Shown in pieces: positions 12,101-24,096 of a stretch of 64,000 nucleotides of DNA. This DNA is from Lophium mytilinum. Taxonomy: Eukaryota. Position 1 is the stretch's first letter. The number at the start of each line of letters is the position of its first letter. The notes beneath the pieces were generated by a model, which saw only the letters and a program-made list of their open reading frames with translations, ran no database searches and was not told the DNA's origin. The translations under genes and the position numbers were made by a program. The stretch covers positions 777,032 through 841,031 of the forward strand of contig MU004182.1 of NCBI GenBank assembly GCA_010093605.1, written 5' to 3'.

Positions 12101-12499
12101 GCAGAGTACGACCAACTCCCACGCCCCTTATCAGCATCACCAGACTCCGTCCCTGATCTCCTGAACGTTCCCCTGCATGCAATTTCAAAGCTGAGCCCAG
12201 CCCTCTTGAGCTTCAGCTTCGACCCTACTACTCTCAAGCTCGACGCGCATGACCACCCCTTCCAATCGCCACCCAACGCGCGCCAGGCTGTCGACATCAC
12301 CGACGCGCTCCGCAGCATGGCCTCCAATCCAACTTCGCCATGCTACCTCACGCGCCTCGCGAATCTCGACGCCGTGGAGAAGGAGATCCAGGAGCGCAAG
12401 GGCGAGGGCCTGATCAGCGAGGACGAGTTTATGACCATGGTGATGCAGGACGGCAAACTACGGTTCCTAGAAGCGTGGATGGACTGGGTGAATTTCTGA
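9152..12499 (+). CDS. ZZ-type zinc finger and EF-hand domain protein with an N-terminal membrane anchor
   Basis: 1115-aa ORF. Hydrophobic segment near residues 14-31; ZZ finger HRGVSCDQC...WRCANCADFDLCSDCE; EF loops DSNNDGKIGYDE and DIDGDGYISRKD. Confidence 0.9.
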   Translation: MANYTSSLSRHRPVVLTVTGLLAAATVFYLYSTLQTPPAGGLHRSNAVRRPPRRQLQRRTTRPDYTNAQELDRIIPDAVSHIGSIQFLGSMVALNDMLPSEAELRRIAGPERNSDDVAVAIESFYETFIIRLLHRIFPGRALLPEERPNFVAAMQSMNLETRTIVHAFRQHDIAREMADRAQEVNDNESIAGTEVSWHTSHESGEEQISGDGQTLRKTLYHIAEERARQEGVKHRGVSCDQCDAKPIRGIRWRCANCADFDLCSDCEATNNHSKTHIFYKIRIPAPYLGLPKQAPVYPGRPNMMSPSIDSGIKRRLITETNIEAEEIEALWDQFTCLADTEWRDDPSSVGWAIDRRSFNQAFIPRYSTFISAPNLIYDRVFAYYDSNNDGKIGYDEFVRGLDGMHSSKPEIKLRIVFNGYDIDGDGYISRKDVLRLFRAYYAIEKEGTRNYIAESTDELSVAGALDVIHSGQPLASQFTQSTQSSATSAHNQRLHEKVPDQFGDLRSPSHGAVLDDTDDTAPREDVLGIATSSPQPRDTENRHLSDSPEEPRPDPIAERWRRRRFYIDEEEGLNEPDGHSGSEELSDVDEPIEASSNGHPESNGTNLPRGSRSSSRVRFQEDLDVETRSNASTSSRPFGERWGGYEIPEPEKDLGKELLYQITQQAFNEMLNPLFLDKEDLAMAAYDTKQERRQHRSELDGITATFETETQMSVNEIIWMHTSYGYSIRMVELIVATGCPRFLQELKDGKHTHDSAEAEIRKIVSSVEIQMVDSSQSSEYKYRPTSQQLWNAKLWRIQFLYELSTTLLDMFAECGWIEKVESSRVLKEVENMNGGPKHTKLEVKNVSSAPTVQPASNISASVQQPYRDVTMPQFRPNSLESERAPQLQVLINNEQSYRDPTLPQFRPNNLADIDITTPIRPGSPLPSSTESPLTPLSQQSQYTTPDDDDGSSYTDGNTEFIYQMDKGPIFFYPHSFIISDSNKAEYDQLPRPLSASPDSVPDLLNVPLHAISKLSPALLSFSFDPTTLKLDAHDHPFQSPPNARQAVDITDALRSMASNPTSPCYLTRLANLDAVEKEIQERKGEGLISEDEFMTMVMQDGKLRFLEAWMDWVNF

Positions 12500-13075
12500 G
12501 CACCTGCCCGATTCACTCCCCAGTCTAGTCTGGTCAACAAAATATCTGAAGTGGTCTGAAGCTGACGTTGTGATGTTTCGAGTAGGCACACTTCCCGGCG
12601 GATTTTGTTCGTGGGTTAGTGGCCGAGTCTCAGCCTGAGGATATGTCGACTGGGGAGACAACGATTCCGTCGTCTGAGGTTGATGCGTTGGTTGCGGAGC
12701 GTACTGTTGTGCTGAATGTTTCATACCGATCTCGTTCCCGTTCTGGCTGAGAGAGTGGCTGTTGCACTGCCTGATTAGTAGGGTATGGTGGCGTTGAACT
12801 AGTCTTTCAACTATCAGGGCCGAGGGGTGCTAAATGCTAGGTACGGATGGAAGGGGTTTTATTGTAGGATAGGATGACATTATGCATGGACTACGAGTTT
12901 AGGATTAGCATTGGATTGGGTAGGTTGCATAGCTAGCGGAGGGTTGGATTGATCAGGATACGCTGAGGGTTTATATAACAGCACAAAACATATCATATTT
13001 CACATGCATCAAAGCAATAAGTTCTCAATCTTGAAATCTTTATTTGGAAGTTTGCGTTATATCCAACCTGCTCCT

Positions 13076-14446
13076 TCACATCTCATCCCCTTCAGCTTCT
13101 GTTTCCGCCCCTAAACTCCCCACCCACCGCCTCACCCCCTCTCGTAGCTTCTCCTCCACGCCCTTCTCATGCCAAAAATGCCCTGCGCCTAAAACCTCCT
13201 GGTACTCGAACCGCGACTCCGGCTCCGCCGCTAGCTTCGCCGCCCACTGCCTATACTTCCGCACCGCCACGAACCCGTCACTATCGCCAAACAGCGCTAG
13301 AGTAGGCCGCTCCACGATAGTCTCACCCTGGTGGTCCTTATGCTTATTCCAGAACTTATGCCCTATACCCGGAATCATGAAAGTCGAGAGCGGCGGGGGA
13401 ACCGGGGAGATGAGAAGGTACGCCGTGCTCACTGCCGGCCGGGGGTCTTCCCTTTCCCCGTCTATTTTAGCATCGGGAGAGACGGAGGCGGAAGGGGACG
13501 CAGCAACCCGCGACTCAATCACAGCCAACCCATTCCCGCCCCCGCCCCCCTCCCGCTCCGGCTGCGACGCGCCCCTCTTCCGCCGCAGCGACAGCGAGCG
13601 GATGCCGTGCGGCAGCTCCAGACTCCGCGCGTGCTCGGCCGATCGGCGCACCTCGCGGCTCGAGCGGCGGAGGTCGGGGGAGGTTTCCTCGCCGCCCATT
13701 TTCAGCGGGTGCAGCTCGTGGCTGCTGTGCTTTTTGCTGTGGTGGCGGGCGGCGGCAGCGGACTCTCGGTTGCGCTGGGCGGCGAGGGTGTGGGCGCGGA
13801 GGAGGATCTCGGCAGCGGCGGAGCCGAGGGTGGAGAGGGAGAAGAGGGAGAGGATGTGCGAGGTGGGCGGGAGGTGTTTGGTTATCAGGGAGCCGTAGGA
13901 GTAGCCGGCGAGGAGGAGGAGGGAGGGGTTTGGTGCTTTTAGGGTTGGGTGTGGTGGGGTGGGTGAGGTTGATGTTCGAGATCTAGGTGTGGAGGGCGTG
14001 GTGGGTGTGGATATAGGAGGGGAGGGCTGGGGTTGAAGGAGGTCGAGGTAGTGGATTAGAAAGCCGGCGAAGGAGATGTAGTCGTCGAGTTCGGGTTTCC
14101 CGGTCCAGCTTGTGCGGCCTTTTGAATGATGGGCTCCTCTGTATATACGTTAGGATTTCTTGCGATTGTCTATATCCTGAGGGGAGAGCTACCTGAAGTT
14201 AAACGTCCCCACCACGAACCCCTCCTTCAACAGCTCGTCAGCCACCATGCCGACAACATGGTCGTCAAAGTTGCCACCTAGAGGAGCATACGGATGCCCT
14301 ATCACCGCTCCTTTCTTTATCCATCTATGCGAACTCACGGTGGGCGCGCCGGGGAGCGTTGCAGGGTGGTATATTCGGCAATCGAGCGGCGTGTCGTCGT
14401 GGATCGAGGGAATTGTGAAGGTGAAGGCTGGCTCGGGGGCGGCCAT
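13076..14446 (-). CDS. Alpha/beta hydrolase fold protein
   Basis: Two exons with an intron at about 14140-14192. Motifs HPYAPLGG, TFNFR|GA, nucleophile elbow GYSYG, FGDSDGF and GAGHFW. Confidence 0.85.
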
Positions 14447-14971
14447 CTTTGGGTCTGCGAGACCCAAGGGGATATTGTCATATCATGGTCGAGGTTTTAG
14501 GGCGTGGGCAATGCTTCGCAAGGTTTTCCTAAGTGGTTAAAGTACCATGGTCAGAGGTGCAGTGGGGAACCAACTTCAGATCGCCGCGGTCTTGGCGTTT
14601 TGAGAAATAGGGCGTGTTTACGCGTGAAACTCGGGCATAACAACCATACAGCTCGATTTTTAGGGTTGCGATACTCTTGTGTGCTTGTATACCAGTCACA
14701 AACGCATCAGGCAATATTATGGGAGCTTAGTTTTAGAAACTATGGCTGTTTGATGGCTTTATCATCGGAGTAAGAGGCAACAGTAGTAGAAACACAATTT
14801 CAAGACTACGATCCAAAGCCCACGAACGTGTACAGAAGGGCGGGGTATAAGTTTAAAGAGCCAAAATGGGTACAAGAAAGGAGCTCCGATAGCCAAAGAG
14901 AGGACTACGCGTCCAGTACTCCAATGAGTCCATTATGATGCCTCAAGTACTGCCTGCAGTAAGACTAATTC

Positions 14972-16438
14972 TTAATCAGTATCTGTGTCGTGGTGTGAAA
15001 TCAAAAGTTCCGGATCAGGGTCGTCATCGCTCGCGTCGAAGTATTTCTGAGGTCTAAACGTGGAAGCCCGCGCAGCTGGCTCGGCCGATTGCTCTTCTCT
15101 ATGCTCTCCGAGGTCTACGAGTTCTTGTCCCGAGGTGTCCGAGTCTGTATCTGTTTGAAGGGTCGGCGGCGAGGCTTGGGACAGAACCTTTTCTAAAATT
15201 GTCCGACCTTGCTGGAAGGCTTCGAGTTCGGCTCCAATACAGCAAATCAACAGCTTCCAGTTCTTTTCTTCGGCAAGCTTCAGCTTGGTTTCAATGTAGA
15301 GTACGGTGGCGTCCATCTGTGCAATGAGAGCTTTTGAGCTCGAATTAGCAGTTTCAGGTGAGTCTCTGCTGCCCGTACGACCCCTTCCCATGCCCTGCAT
15401 CTCTTCCTGGAGGTGAGTCTCGAAGTCGGTTATGCGCTTGTACACATCTTGCCACAGGATCGCGCCTTCCTCTAATGCTTCCCTATCCATATCCACCTCT
15501 TGCCAATTCTCCTCCAGTCGCGTACGCTCTTCTTCCCAATGATCCCTCGCCATAGCCAAAGTACGGCGCTTCGGCGGAAGCGAGTAGAATGCAGAAGCCC
15601 TGGAGGAGTGGTTGGCGTCGGAGGGAGGTCGGGCAAGAAACTTGGCGACATCGGCTTCCAACAGGGACAAAGACGTCTTGTACGAAGAGAGCTTTGCTTC
15701 GACAGAGTTCTCTGTCTCAGACAGCTCAGCTAGTATCTTTCGATGCCGAGCTTTCATCGCCCACAGCTTCTCTTCCGTCTGTTTGATCTCAGATTCGAGA
15801 GTCTTGGCTTCGGCCTGGAGATTCTGCGCCCTTGACCCAGCTTGATCATTCTCAATAGCCTTGATCCGCTTTTCGATGCCTCTTTGCTTGCTCTCCCACC
15901 GACCTAGCCGCTCCAACACAGCTTTGTTCTTCGCCATATCAGCATCAAGGAGATATGCCTCCTCTTCCTTGACTGCAGCCATTTGTTGAACCCTTTTATA
16001 GATGCCGCGCCTAGCCATAGTGAGGCTCACTTTCCGACGAGCTGGACGCCGGTCCGGGCTGGTTATATCTCGTCGCATACTGCTGACTGTGGGAGTGCTG
16101 CTGCCATTTGATACTTGGTCATCTGGGGGGCCGCCGCCCAATCCAGCTGCCATGAGACCCTCTGCCTGGGAATCTAGAAGGTGTTGAAGCTGTTCTTCGA
16201 TATATCTTGCTTTCCGTTGGACAGCGAGAAAGTCATCAGGAACTCTATCCTTGGGCGCAGGAGGCGAGGCGGATACATATATACTGGAAGCTATGGGCGG
16301 CGGAGGGAAGGCTGGTGGAGCATTTGGCGAGCGCGGAGGAGAATAGAAAGGAAGCTCGTGCGATGCTTCCGAAGGGCTGCGAAGTCTAGGAGAGCCTCTA
16401 GGAGAGAGAGGGCCGAGCAGTGAGTTGATTAGCGACAT
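14972..16438 (-). CDS. atg28: Coiled-coil protein, Atg28-like (autophagy/pexophagy related)
   Basis: Single long ORF with probable ATG at 16438 (MSLINSLL). Extended heptads and a C-terminal AEEKNWKLLICCIGAELEAF segment that I recall from filamentous-fungal Atg28 annotations. Confidence 0.6.
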   Translation of the reverse strand: MSLINSLLGPLSPRGSPRLRSPSEASHELPFYSPPRSPNAPPAFPPPPIASSIYVSASPPAPKDRVPDDFLAVQRKARYIEEQLQHLLDSQAEGLMAAGLGGGPPDDQVSNGSSTPTVSSMRRDITSPDRRPARRKVSLTMARRGIYKRVQQMAAVKEEEAYLLDADMAKNKAVLERLGRWESKQRGIEKRIKAIENDQAGSRAQNLQAEAKTLESEIKQTEEKLWAMKARHRKILAELSETENSVEAKLSSYKTSLSLLEADVAKFLARPPSDANHSSRASAFYSLPPKRRTLAMARDHWEEERTRLEENWQEVDMDREALEEGAILWQDVYKRITDFETHLQEEMQGMGRGRTGSRDSPETANSSSKALIAQMDATVLYIETKLKLAEEKNWKLLICCIGAELEAFQQGRTILEKVLSQASPPTLQTDTDSDTSGQELVDLGEHREEQSAEPAARASTFRPQKYFDASDDDPDPELLISHHDTDTD

Positions 16439-17862
16439 GGTTGTATATTTGCATAGCTGTGTAGAATAGATGGAGAGCTCCAGCATGTGAATAAAGTTGG
16501 AAGTGCTGACTAAGTTGGTCGCTTGGCCCACGTGACCCCTTAATCAACCTCGAGAACAGTGCAGCTGCTCAACAACATCACCAGCGCAACGCACGAGACC
16601 AGCTCACGATCGCAACACCACAGATCCTCCGCTGCGCCTGCCAACGCCATACATTTTCGCCAAGAGCCGTGGAACACGTGCTGACGGACTGAGCATTTGC
16701 ACTGCACCTGGCGCAGCCCCTGCGCGCACCCCAGTCCTGGAACGGAGTACTACGCGCGATTCTTACGGCGGGCAGAATTGTGCACGCAGACCGAGCGCCC
16801 CGGAATGGCCTGATATATGCATTCAGGCTCCCCCGTGCCAATGATCCAAAAACCCCCTCCGCCTATTGAAGAACCCTGAACCTTAGGGGCCATCAAGCCC
16901 TCACGGGGCTCAGCGTTCAAGGTGCTGTCTGAACTGCCAAGTGTAAGAGGATCCATCCCTGGAGACGTCTTGTACGCTCGGCGCCGGCACTGCCATTTGA
17001 CCGTTGCCAATGTCTCTTCGCAGATGTCTGCTGCTGGGTGTAGCCAGCTGTCAGATAGATCAGGGTAAGCGCCCGAGGCTCCGCACATGAGGCCAAGAGT
17101 GTCTGCAAAGTTTCACACCACTCCTGCCCATAACGCGGCGAGATGCCTATCGTAGTAATGTAGTCAGTGTATTCAATTCTCGTCTACCTCTTCTTGCAAT
17201 TTCATCAAGCTTGCGTGAGCGTATAGAATTATCTTCATTCGTCCGCGCCTCCTCAAGTCTCGCAAGCAGTCAGGCTCGCTTGCATTGTTAGTTCATGCTC
17301 ATGGCGATCGCAATTATATGGCTTCGAGGACGCTTAATTTGGCAGTTCTCGGGGGCAACACAACATCCAGAACATGAGACAAGCACCCTTCTAGTGCTGT
17401 CATAAAAGCTTACGCACGCTCACGGCGCGGTCTGCGCATTTTCAAAGGAGAACTTAAGGAGTTTCTAGGCAATTGACTTGGCGAAGAAGCCTCAGCACTT
17501 GGCGGATAATAAAAGCCCGCGCCTGGTGTATCCGGTGGCTCCCAAGTCGTCTCACGGGTATGACTTGGCTTCCTCACTTCTTGGCTGCTACGTGTTGAGT
17601 ACAACAGTCCGTAGTCTTTTTGGCCGCAGCAAGGCCCTCTCCTCAGATTACATCAGCTTGAACGAACACACTCTTTACCGTCTTCGTGCTCTTATTGTCC
17701 TTCAAAGGTGTGCGTTGACCGCCACAGTATTGCACTATACACTCCTCGCCCACAAACGTTTTTTCAATTTAGCTTGCTCTCATCCTACGTATCGCCTTTT
17801 GATATATTGGCACATTCGTTGGCCTGAGTCTCGTTTATTTCTCCAAGACACCTTTCGTCACC

Positions 17863-19065
17863 ATGTTGTACTATAAATTTGGCGGTGCTCTCTTCTTTGT
17901 TGCGTCCGCGTATGGCAGCTGTCTGCACGCGACCTCTCATCTTCATCGTCGTGTTGAAGATGGGAAAGTGAAGGTCAGCACGTTCGGATACACGGATATG
18001 CAAGGGCCCCTGAACTGGGCAGGATTAGCAGAGGAGAACGAAGCGTGTGCTACTAGCAAGATCCAGTCTCCAATCAACATTGGTACGTATTGTTTTTCTA
18101 TAGATCACTCTCTTTGCGCAAAGTACTGAAAAGTCGTGTCGTTATCATCATCTATCACGAATCAGATTCGTCAAATGCTATCCGCGGCCAGCCTCATCCT
18201 TTCATACATTGCTTTGGCTGACCATGCGCACAGACGACACCATTGATGTGGCCGCCGAAGCCCCAAAGATCACCATTGCTCATGTGGAGTCGGCCGAGTT
18301 CGAGAACTTGGGCACGACTATTGAGACCATCGTTAACGGGACCACAACTTTCAATGGGACCGACTTTTCTCTTAAGCAATTCCACTTCCATACTCCCTCT
18401 GAACACCGCATCAACGAAGAGTACTTTCCGTTGGAGATGCACATGGTTCATGAAGCTGCAGGTTCGTTGTACAACTCTTACTAGACCTAAGAACCTACTA
18501 ACATCGGTCCCCTCTAGATGGCTCAGGAAACATCGCTGTCTTGGCCGTGCTGTTCCAACTCTCTGCGGACGGTTCGACAACCGACCTTCTTACTAGCGTG
18601 ACCGAGAACCTCAAGGAGATCAAGACTCCTGGCACCATAACAGAGACTGGACCCCTAGATTTCACCGCATTGATTGAACACATCGAGACCACCCCCCTTC
18701 GCCAGTATACCGGCTCACTCACCACTCCCCCATGCGCTGAAGGACTCACATTCCTGGTCACCCAAGAACCACTTGCGCTCGACGTTGCAACCTTCAACGC
18801 CGTCAAGTCGGTCGTGAAGTTCAACTCTCGGTTCTCACAAGGCGCATTGGGCACTGAGAATCTTCTTGTGGTGGCCAGTGCGAACGAAAAGAGCATTGCG
18901 GCACGCAAACAAGCTGGGGGCGGCGAAGAGAAAGCTACAGAGCCTACCCCCACAGAAGAAGCCGCGGCGACCGCAACAGGTCCTACCACCATTCTCGTCA
19001 CAGAGGTAGCTATTGGTATGCTCACGGTCCCTACTAGCGTCCTTGCAGTGGCCGTGAACGCGTAA
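17863..19065 (+). CDS. Secreted alpha-class carbonic anhydrase
   Basis: Three exons with introns at about 18083-18233 and 18462-18517. Signal peptide; QSPINI; zinc ligands in QFHFH...[19 protein letters not shown]. Confidence 0.92.
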
Positions 19066-19847
19066 GTCTAGAAAGAGAGGGAACGGATCTATCGAAAATG
19101 GCCTAGAGGTAGAGCTTTCTTGCGTGTAAGCGTATGTTTTGAGTATCATGTATCAAAAATTCTACATCCGTTTTGCTTTCGGTGTTCAGGAATCCATGCT
19201 GCCAATGAGACCTTTAGATTTCAGCACGTTCAAGATATCACCTCAGCAATCTCATTCTCACAGCCAGCAATCTTGGCTGCTGGCGTCATATAGCACTCAC
19301 CGCATGTCTGCTCTCCCGTACATGTCTTACTCGTTTTATTCACTCTCCATTTATTCATATAGATACTAATAGTTTGACTTTCAACGTCGATGCGCGTACG
19401 CCAAACCAAGCCTTCGCCAAGCATGTTCGGTCCTACCAAGCTTCAGTCGACATTTTCTAGCCTCGTGTCGCGCGATAAACTTCTTCCTTCACTTGCCAAG
19501 GGCCTAAGCTGCCGATCCACCACATCCTGCTCGCCTTAGCCCAATTCTACATACATCAGCAAGGCGCTAGTAGTATGCTTAGGACATATTGCCAAGCTTG
19601 AAGCTTCACTCGGGTCGCCGAACACGAAACCACGTCCACGTGGAGAGTAGGTTGTGAGTCAGGTTCATGTGTTGATATGCGGTGTTGCTACATACTTGCT
19701 GGAGTCAAGGGTGTCGTTATCGACCTACGTGGCTTTGCCGAATGTTAATGTTCAAGGACTACTTTTCAACTTACAAAACTTACTACCGCTACTTAGCACA
19801 GAGCGCAGATTCTCAACTTGGGCTGCCTAGCTGCGACTGTTTCTCAA

Positions 19848-20114
19848 ATGTGCTTCATCGAAAAGAAGCGCTGGCGCTGCGGGTGCCGCACCGTTTCCAA
19901 GATACCTTGCGCAAAGCTACCATTTTCCACAAGCTGGGCAGAGAGTGCGAATAGTTGTCCATTGCTCATATCGCGAGACATAGAGATGCTAGGAAAGTGC
20001 GAAAGTCGGTGTAAGATCGATGATCTGGGAGGCAAGTGGTGGGTTGATGCGGCGTATCGTAGATATTCCGGAGAGGACTGGTGGGACTGGAAGGTCAGGA
20101 AGGATGCGAAGTAG
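19848..20114 (+). CDS. Small Cys-rich hypothetical protein (88 aa, MC-x8-CGC...C...C...CxxxC)
   Basis: ATG at 19848 gives MCFIEKKRWRCGCRTVSKIPC...SCP...KCESRC. The Cys spacing resembles small fungal MC...CG[HC] proteins, but I recognise no homolog. Confidence 0.4.
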   Translation: MCFIEKKRWRCGCRTVSKIPCAKLPFSTSWAESANSCPLLISRDIEMLGKCESRCKIDDLGGKWWVDAAYRRYSGEDWWDWKVRKDAK

Positions 20115-20177
20115 GAAGACTACATTATGGTTCATTTCTCAATGGCCTTGATCTATGGTCCGATCTACGCGCCACGA

Positions 20178-20572
20178 CAATAGTATGCCAAGATCGAGTC
20201 GAAATCACACGGACTGGCTCCCGTTTATACATCTTAAAGGCGCTAATCTTGCCCTAAATCCATGTTCTGATTTAGGACGCCCATCAATACTTTCAACTCC
20301 AGGCTTTGATTCTGGCTCGCTTCCAATAACATGCCAAAGACGACTCTAAATCGCACGGACTGGCTCCACTTTATACATCTCAACGGTGCCAAATTTACCT
20401 CAAATCCATAAGCTGATTTAGGACGTCCTTCAAAACCCATAAATCGGGGTCTGATTCTCACCCTCTTCCAATAGTATGCCAAAATCGACCCCAAATCGCA
20501 CGGACTGGCTCCACTTCATACATATCAACACTGCCAACTTTACCTCGATCCCATGGCCTGATTTAGGACGCC
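20178..20572. repeat. Diverged tandem repeat, ~145-146 bp unit, just under 3 copies
   Basis: The anchor GGACTGGCTCC starts at 20211, 20357 and 20502. CTGATTTAGGACG and CAATA-x-x-ATGCCAA recur at the same period. Confidence 0.9.
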
Positions 20573-21111
20573 GATTAGTAAAGTAGATGCCGTGATCTAA
20601 TTTACGATGCCATCTCGTTGCGTGAATCGGGTGTCCCTTCTATCAATCCCACTACCTCAAACCCAATTCAAGGCCTCAGACCAGATACAGCGTCACAGAA
20701 TACACATCCCGGCAACACGACAAAACCGGCAAAACAAACGCGCGTTGACGATCGGCGAAAAGGTCTTGAAGTAGTATCTCACTCATCCCCATATTCACAC
20801 GCCCCAATCTCTAAAAGACGCGCCATCCTACACAGCAGCAGCCTAGCAACCCGCGGATATCGTAGCCCATAGCAACTCATATCACAAAACGCCACCCCAC
20901 TCTTCCAGTAAAAGGAAAAACAGGCCGCCAACCATGCCTATGCCACCCACTTACTCGATCCCATCAACCCACATCACATCAATCATCTCCCATCCATGTT
21001 TTAACCGTACGCAAAGAAAAAGATCATGGGTGCAGAATGCCGTGACAAAAACAGACCAATAGACCAAGAAATCATGGCTACAGCCTCCCAGTTTCATTCC
21101 ACGAAAAACTC

Positions 21112-23494
21112 TTATAGTTTCACGCCCCAGACACCCCGGCCACCACATACACCCACCCACTCGCCCCCTTGTGCCGTGAGCCCGCTCTGCGGTGCCCAGC
21201 TCAAATTCCCGACCTCGTAGTCGCACCGCCAGCTGGCGTAGGGACCTTTCTGGCCGATCGTGCCGCCCGTTCCTGCGGCGCCGTTGCCGGCGGCTGCGGG
21301 AGTGGGTGGTGCGGAGCCGGGCGTGTCGCCGTTGATGGCGGCGCCATTTTGCGCGTGGATGAGGTCCCAGATGAGGACGAGGGAGTCGTCGCCGCCGGAA
21401 GCGAGCATGCCACGGCGGGAGGGTGACCATTCGAGAGAGTTCACGGAGGAGGAGTGCCCGCGGAGCTCGAGGAGGGCTTGGCCTGGCTGTCGGACGTCGA
21501 GGATGCGGATGAGGTTGCTGTCGGCAGCGAAGGTGGCGAGGAGGTGGGCGTCATGCGGAGAGGCTGGATCTCATATTAGAAGCTGAAGGTTGAAAAGAGA
21601 GTAGGAAGGATATGTATGCTTACCGGCTAGTCGGAGGAGAGGCGGTGCGTAGGACATTGTTTGTTGGGCTTTTGTGGGCGACATGCGTCCTGCTGGCGAG
21701 CCTGTCATAAAGTCAATACGCGGTTCTGGTTCAGATCTCCTAGAATGTTTCTCACCTCCTTCCTTGTCTCCGGGCTGTTTTTCTGAGGGTTCGTAGATGA
21801 TTGTACTGTGCTCTAAGCTCCGCAGGTCAAACATCCGCACGCTGCCATCAGCACCACAACTAACGAAGACATCAACACTACCAGCGCAGAATCGAACATC
21901 GAAAACTTCTTTATCGTGCGCAATAAGTTGCGTCTTTGCTGTTAAAGTCGGTATATCCCAAATCGTACATGTCGTGTCGATGCTGGAGGTGATGATGAGT
22001 TTGGGAGACAAAGTGTTCCAATCAAGAGAGGTCAAGGGTGCGGTGTGTTCTGGAGTTTTCGAATTGGATAAGAGAGCAAGAGGAGTGAGCTTCTGAGGTG
22101 GGGGTTCTCGTGTATTTACAGAGGAGCTTCGGGATATGGTGTTGCTGACGTTTGAGGCAGGTTGTTGAGGAAGCGACCATAATCGGAGGTGGTCGCCAGA
22201 GGTAGCAAGTAGGTCGGTGGATTGCTTCTGAGAAGATGGGGGCTCCCACAGTATTCGAGTAACGGGGTACGAGCACGTAGCTTCCGCGACTCGGTTGTAC
22301 TCGAGGCCAAACGGGGGTGCGCCGGGGGAGGCGTCTTTTTGCGGAGTTATTTGAGTATCGAGGATTGTTATCTACATGACCAATTAGCATGATTGAGAGG
22401 TCTAAGGGAAAATAGAAGTGAGGGCGACATACGAAATTGTGAGTATCCTCCAAGTAGCTTCCCACGGCCATTTTGCCGGCGCTGTTGTTACCATGGACCG
22501 GCCACTTACACCAGTCGAAGGCATACACAGGCCATGGTCCGAGATAATTGCTATTCCCCGGTGTTCGGTCGTTGTCATTGTAGAAATTGCTGCCTCCCAT
22601 CGCTTCGTCCTGCATGCTAGAGTTAGCGCGCGGCCGTATGTCTGCTAGTCCTAATGGCGAGTTCGAGGCTGCTCCGGAAGGGGTTGTGGCAGTGTTGCTG
22701 TAGTATTTCTGGCCAGGAGTGCCGCCGTACTTAGGGTCGGGAGAATTGGAGAAAGGAATGTATTTTTGCTCTAGGCCGGCGGGACTCGATCTCGAATAGG
22801 TGTGTGAGGAATGTGAAGCGTTCATGGTGTTGGAACGGGTCGGCAGGGTGTACTGCTGGGCGTTGGTCGAGATCTGAGGCATGGTGGGGACTGTGGTAGG
22901 AGCGGTATATGCGGCGGAAGGCGCTGGGCGCTGCGAGGTGCCCGGCTGCAAGCTGCCTGGGACGCTGCCGGACGACGCAGCGTTATATTGCGAGCCCTGG
23001 GGAGTGGCTTGCTGCAGGTTGATGTTGGGCGCGCTGCCGGTCGAGTACTGGTCGGGTGTGTTGTACAGGTGCTGGTTATGGTGTTGCGGCGCTTGCGCGG
23101 AGCTGTGCTGGCCCATGGCGGCTGAGGAGATATGCAGCTCCTCGGGGTTCCTCCCTAGCGTATCTACCCGCCGCGGCGTCTCAAAATGCTGCTGACTGTG
23201 GGAATTGCCTCCAGATGCGAGTGCGCCAGGGCCGGGTAGACCTGATGCTGCTGGCGGGGCAGTGTGTCCACCGCCGTGGATGCTGGCGAGATTGTTTTGG
23301 CTGCTGTTCATGCTGGGAGCGTTTCCACTGCCTGGCATAAATGCATCAGTGCCCGCGGTAGTCGTCCCTGAGGTTGCTACGCGTAGACCGCCGGTGGGAG
23401 CGCCAATGGAACCCAGGGTTGCGGCGGCTTGGTAGATGCCAGAGGCGGGGGAGTTGGCCTGCGCATTGTGCGAGTGGTGGGAGTGGAACGGCAT
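21112..23494 (-). CDS. WD40 repeat protein of the DCAF7/WDR68/AN11 (yeast Ypl247c) family with a long low-complexity N-terminus
   Basis: Four exons with introns at about 22372-22432, 21702-21755 and 21563-21623. Motifs YPVTRILWEP, APLTSLDWN, SSIDTTCTIWD, TQLIAHDKEVFDV and SVRMFDLRSLEHSTIIYE. Confidence 0.9.
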
Positions 23495-24096
23495 GGCGCC
23501 GTCTGGGCAGTGTGGCGAGGATGGCGGCAGCTCCGCGTGCAGTGGGAGAGCAAGGCCGTGGTGTTGAGTTTGGGCTTTAGGGCTGAGGCACTTGGGCAAT
23601 GCTGTTGCGGAGGAACAGGATGACTAAAGAAGCAGCCTCGGGCGGTGAGCGCGTGGGTGGCACTCGAAGCCCATGGATGAGATGGCTGTAGCTTGGAATT
23701 ACACTAGTTATCGTGTTTAGATGATTCACCTGTGGCTGGAGCAGGTCAATGGAAGTCATCGTCTAATATGCCAGCCAGATAGTAGTTGTTAGGTGCACTG
23801 TGGGAGCAGCATCTAAACCACTCGATACTAATTCACCGACATGCTCTCGGAATTGCTCCTAAATACGGTTTCTAGTGCAGCAGAAGAGACAGGATCAGGG
23901 CTCGCACGCCACAGCCTATAACGACTCTCATCTAAGAGCTCGTTGTGTGTTCGAGACTAGAGAAAGCGAGACGTGAATATCAGATCCGCGTTCCCCGTTT
24001 GAGCGATAGTTTACGCCAAACTTACCCGGCCTCCTCGACTGACACCTGACTTCCGACTCTGCGCAACCCTCACCACCTGCTCTTCTCCCCAGATAG

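Noticed and set aside
20178..20572. Tandem repeat considered as a CRISPR-like array or a coding repeat
   Set aside because: The intervening sequences are homologous to each other rather than unique spacers, the context is eukaryotic, and unit lengths of 146/145 break the frame.
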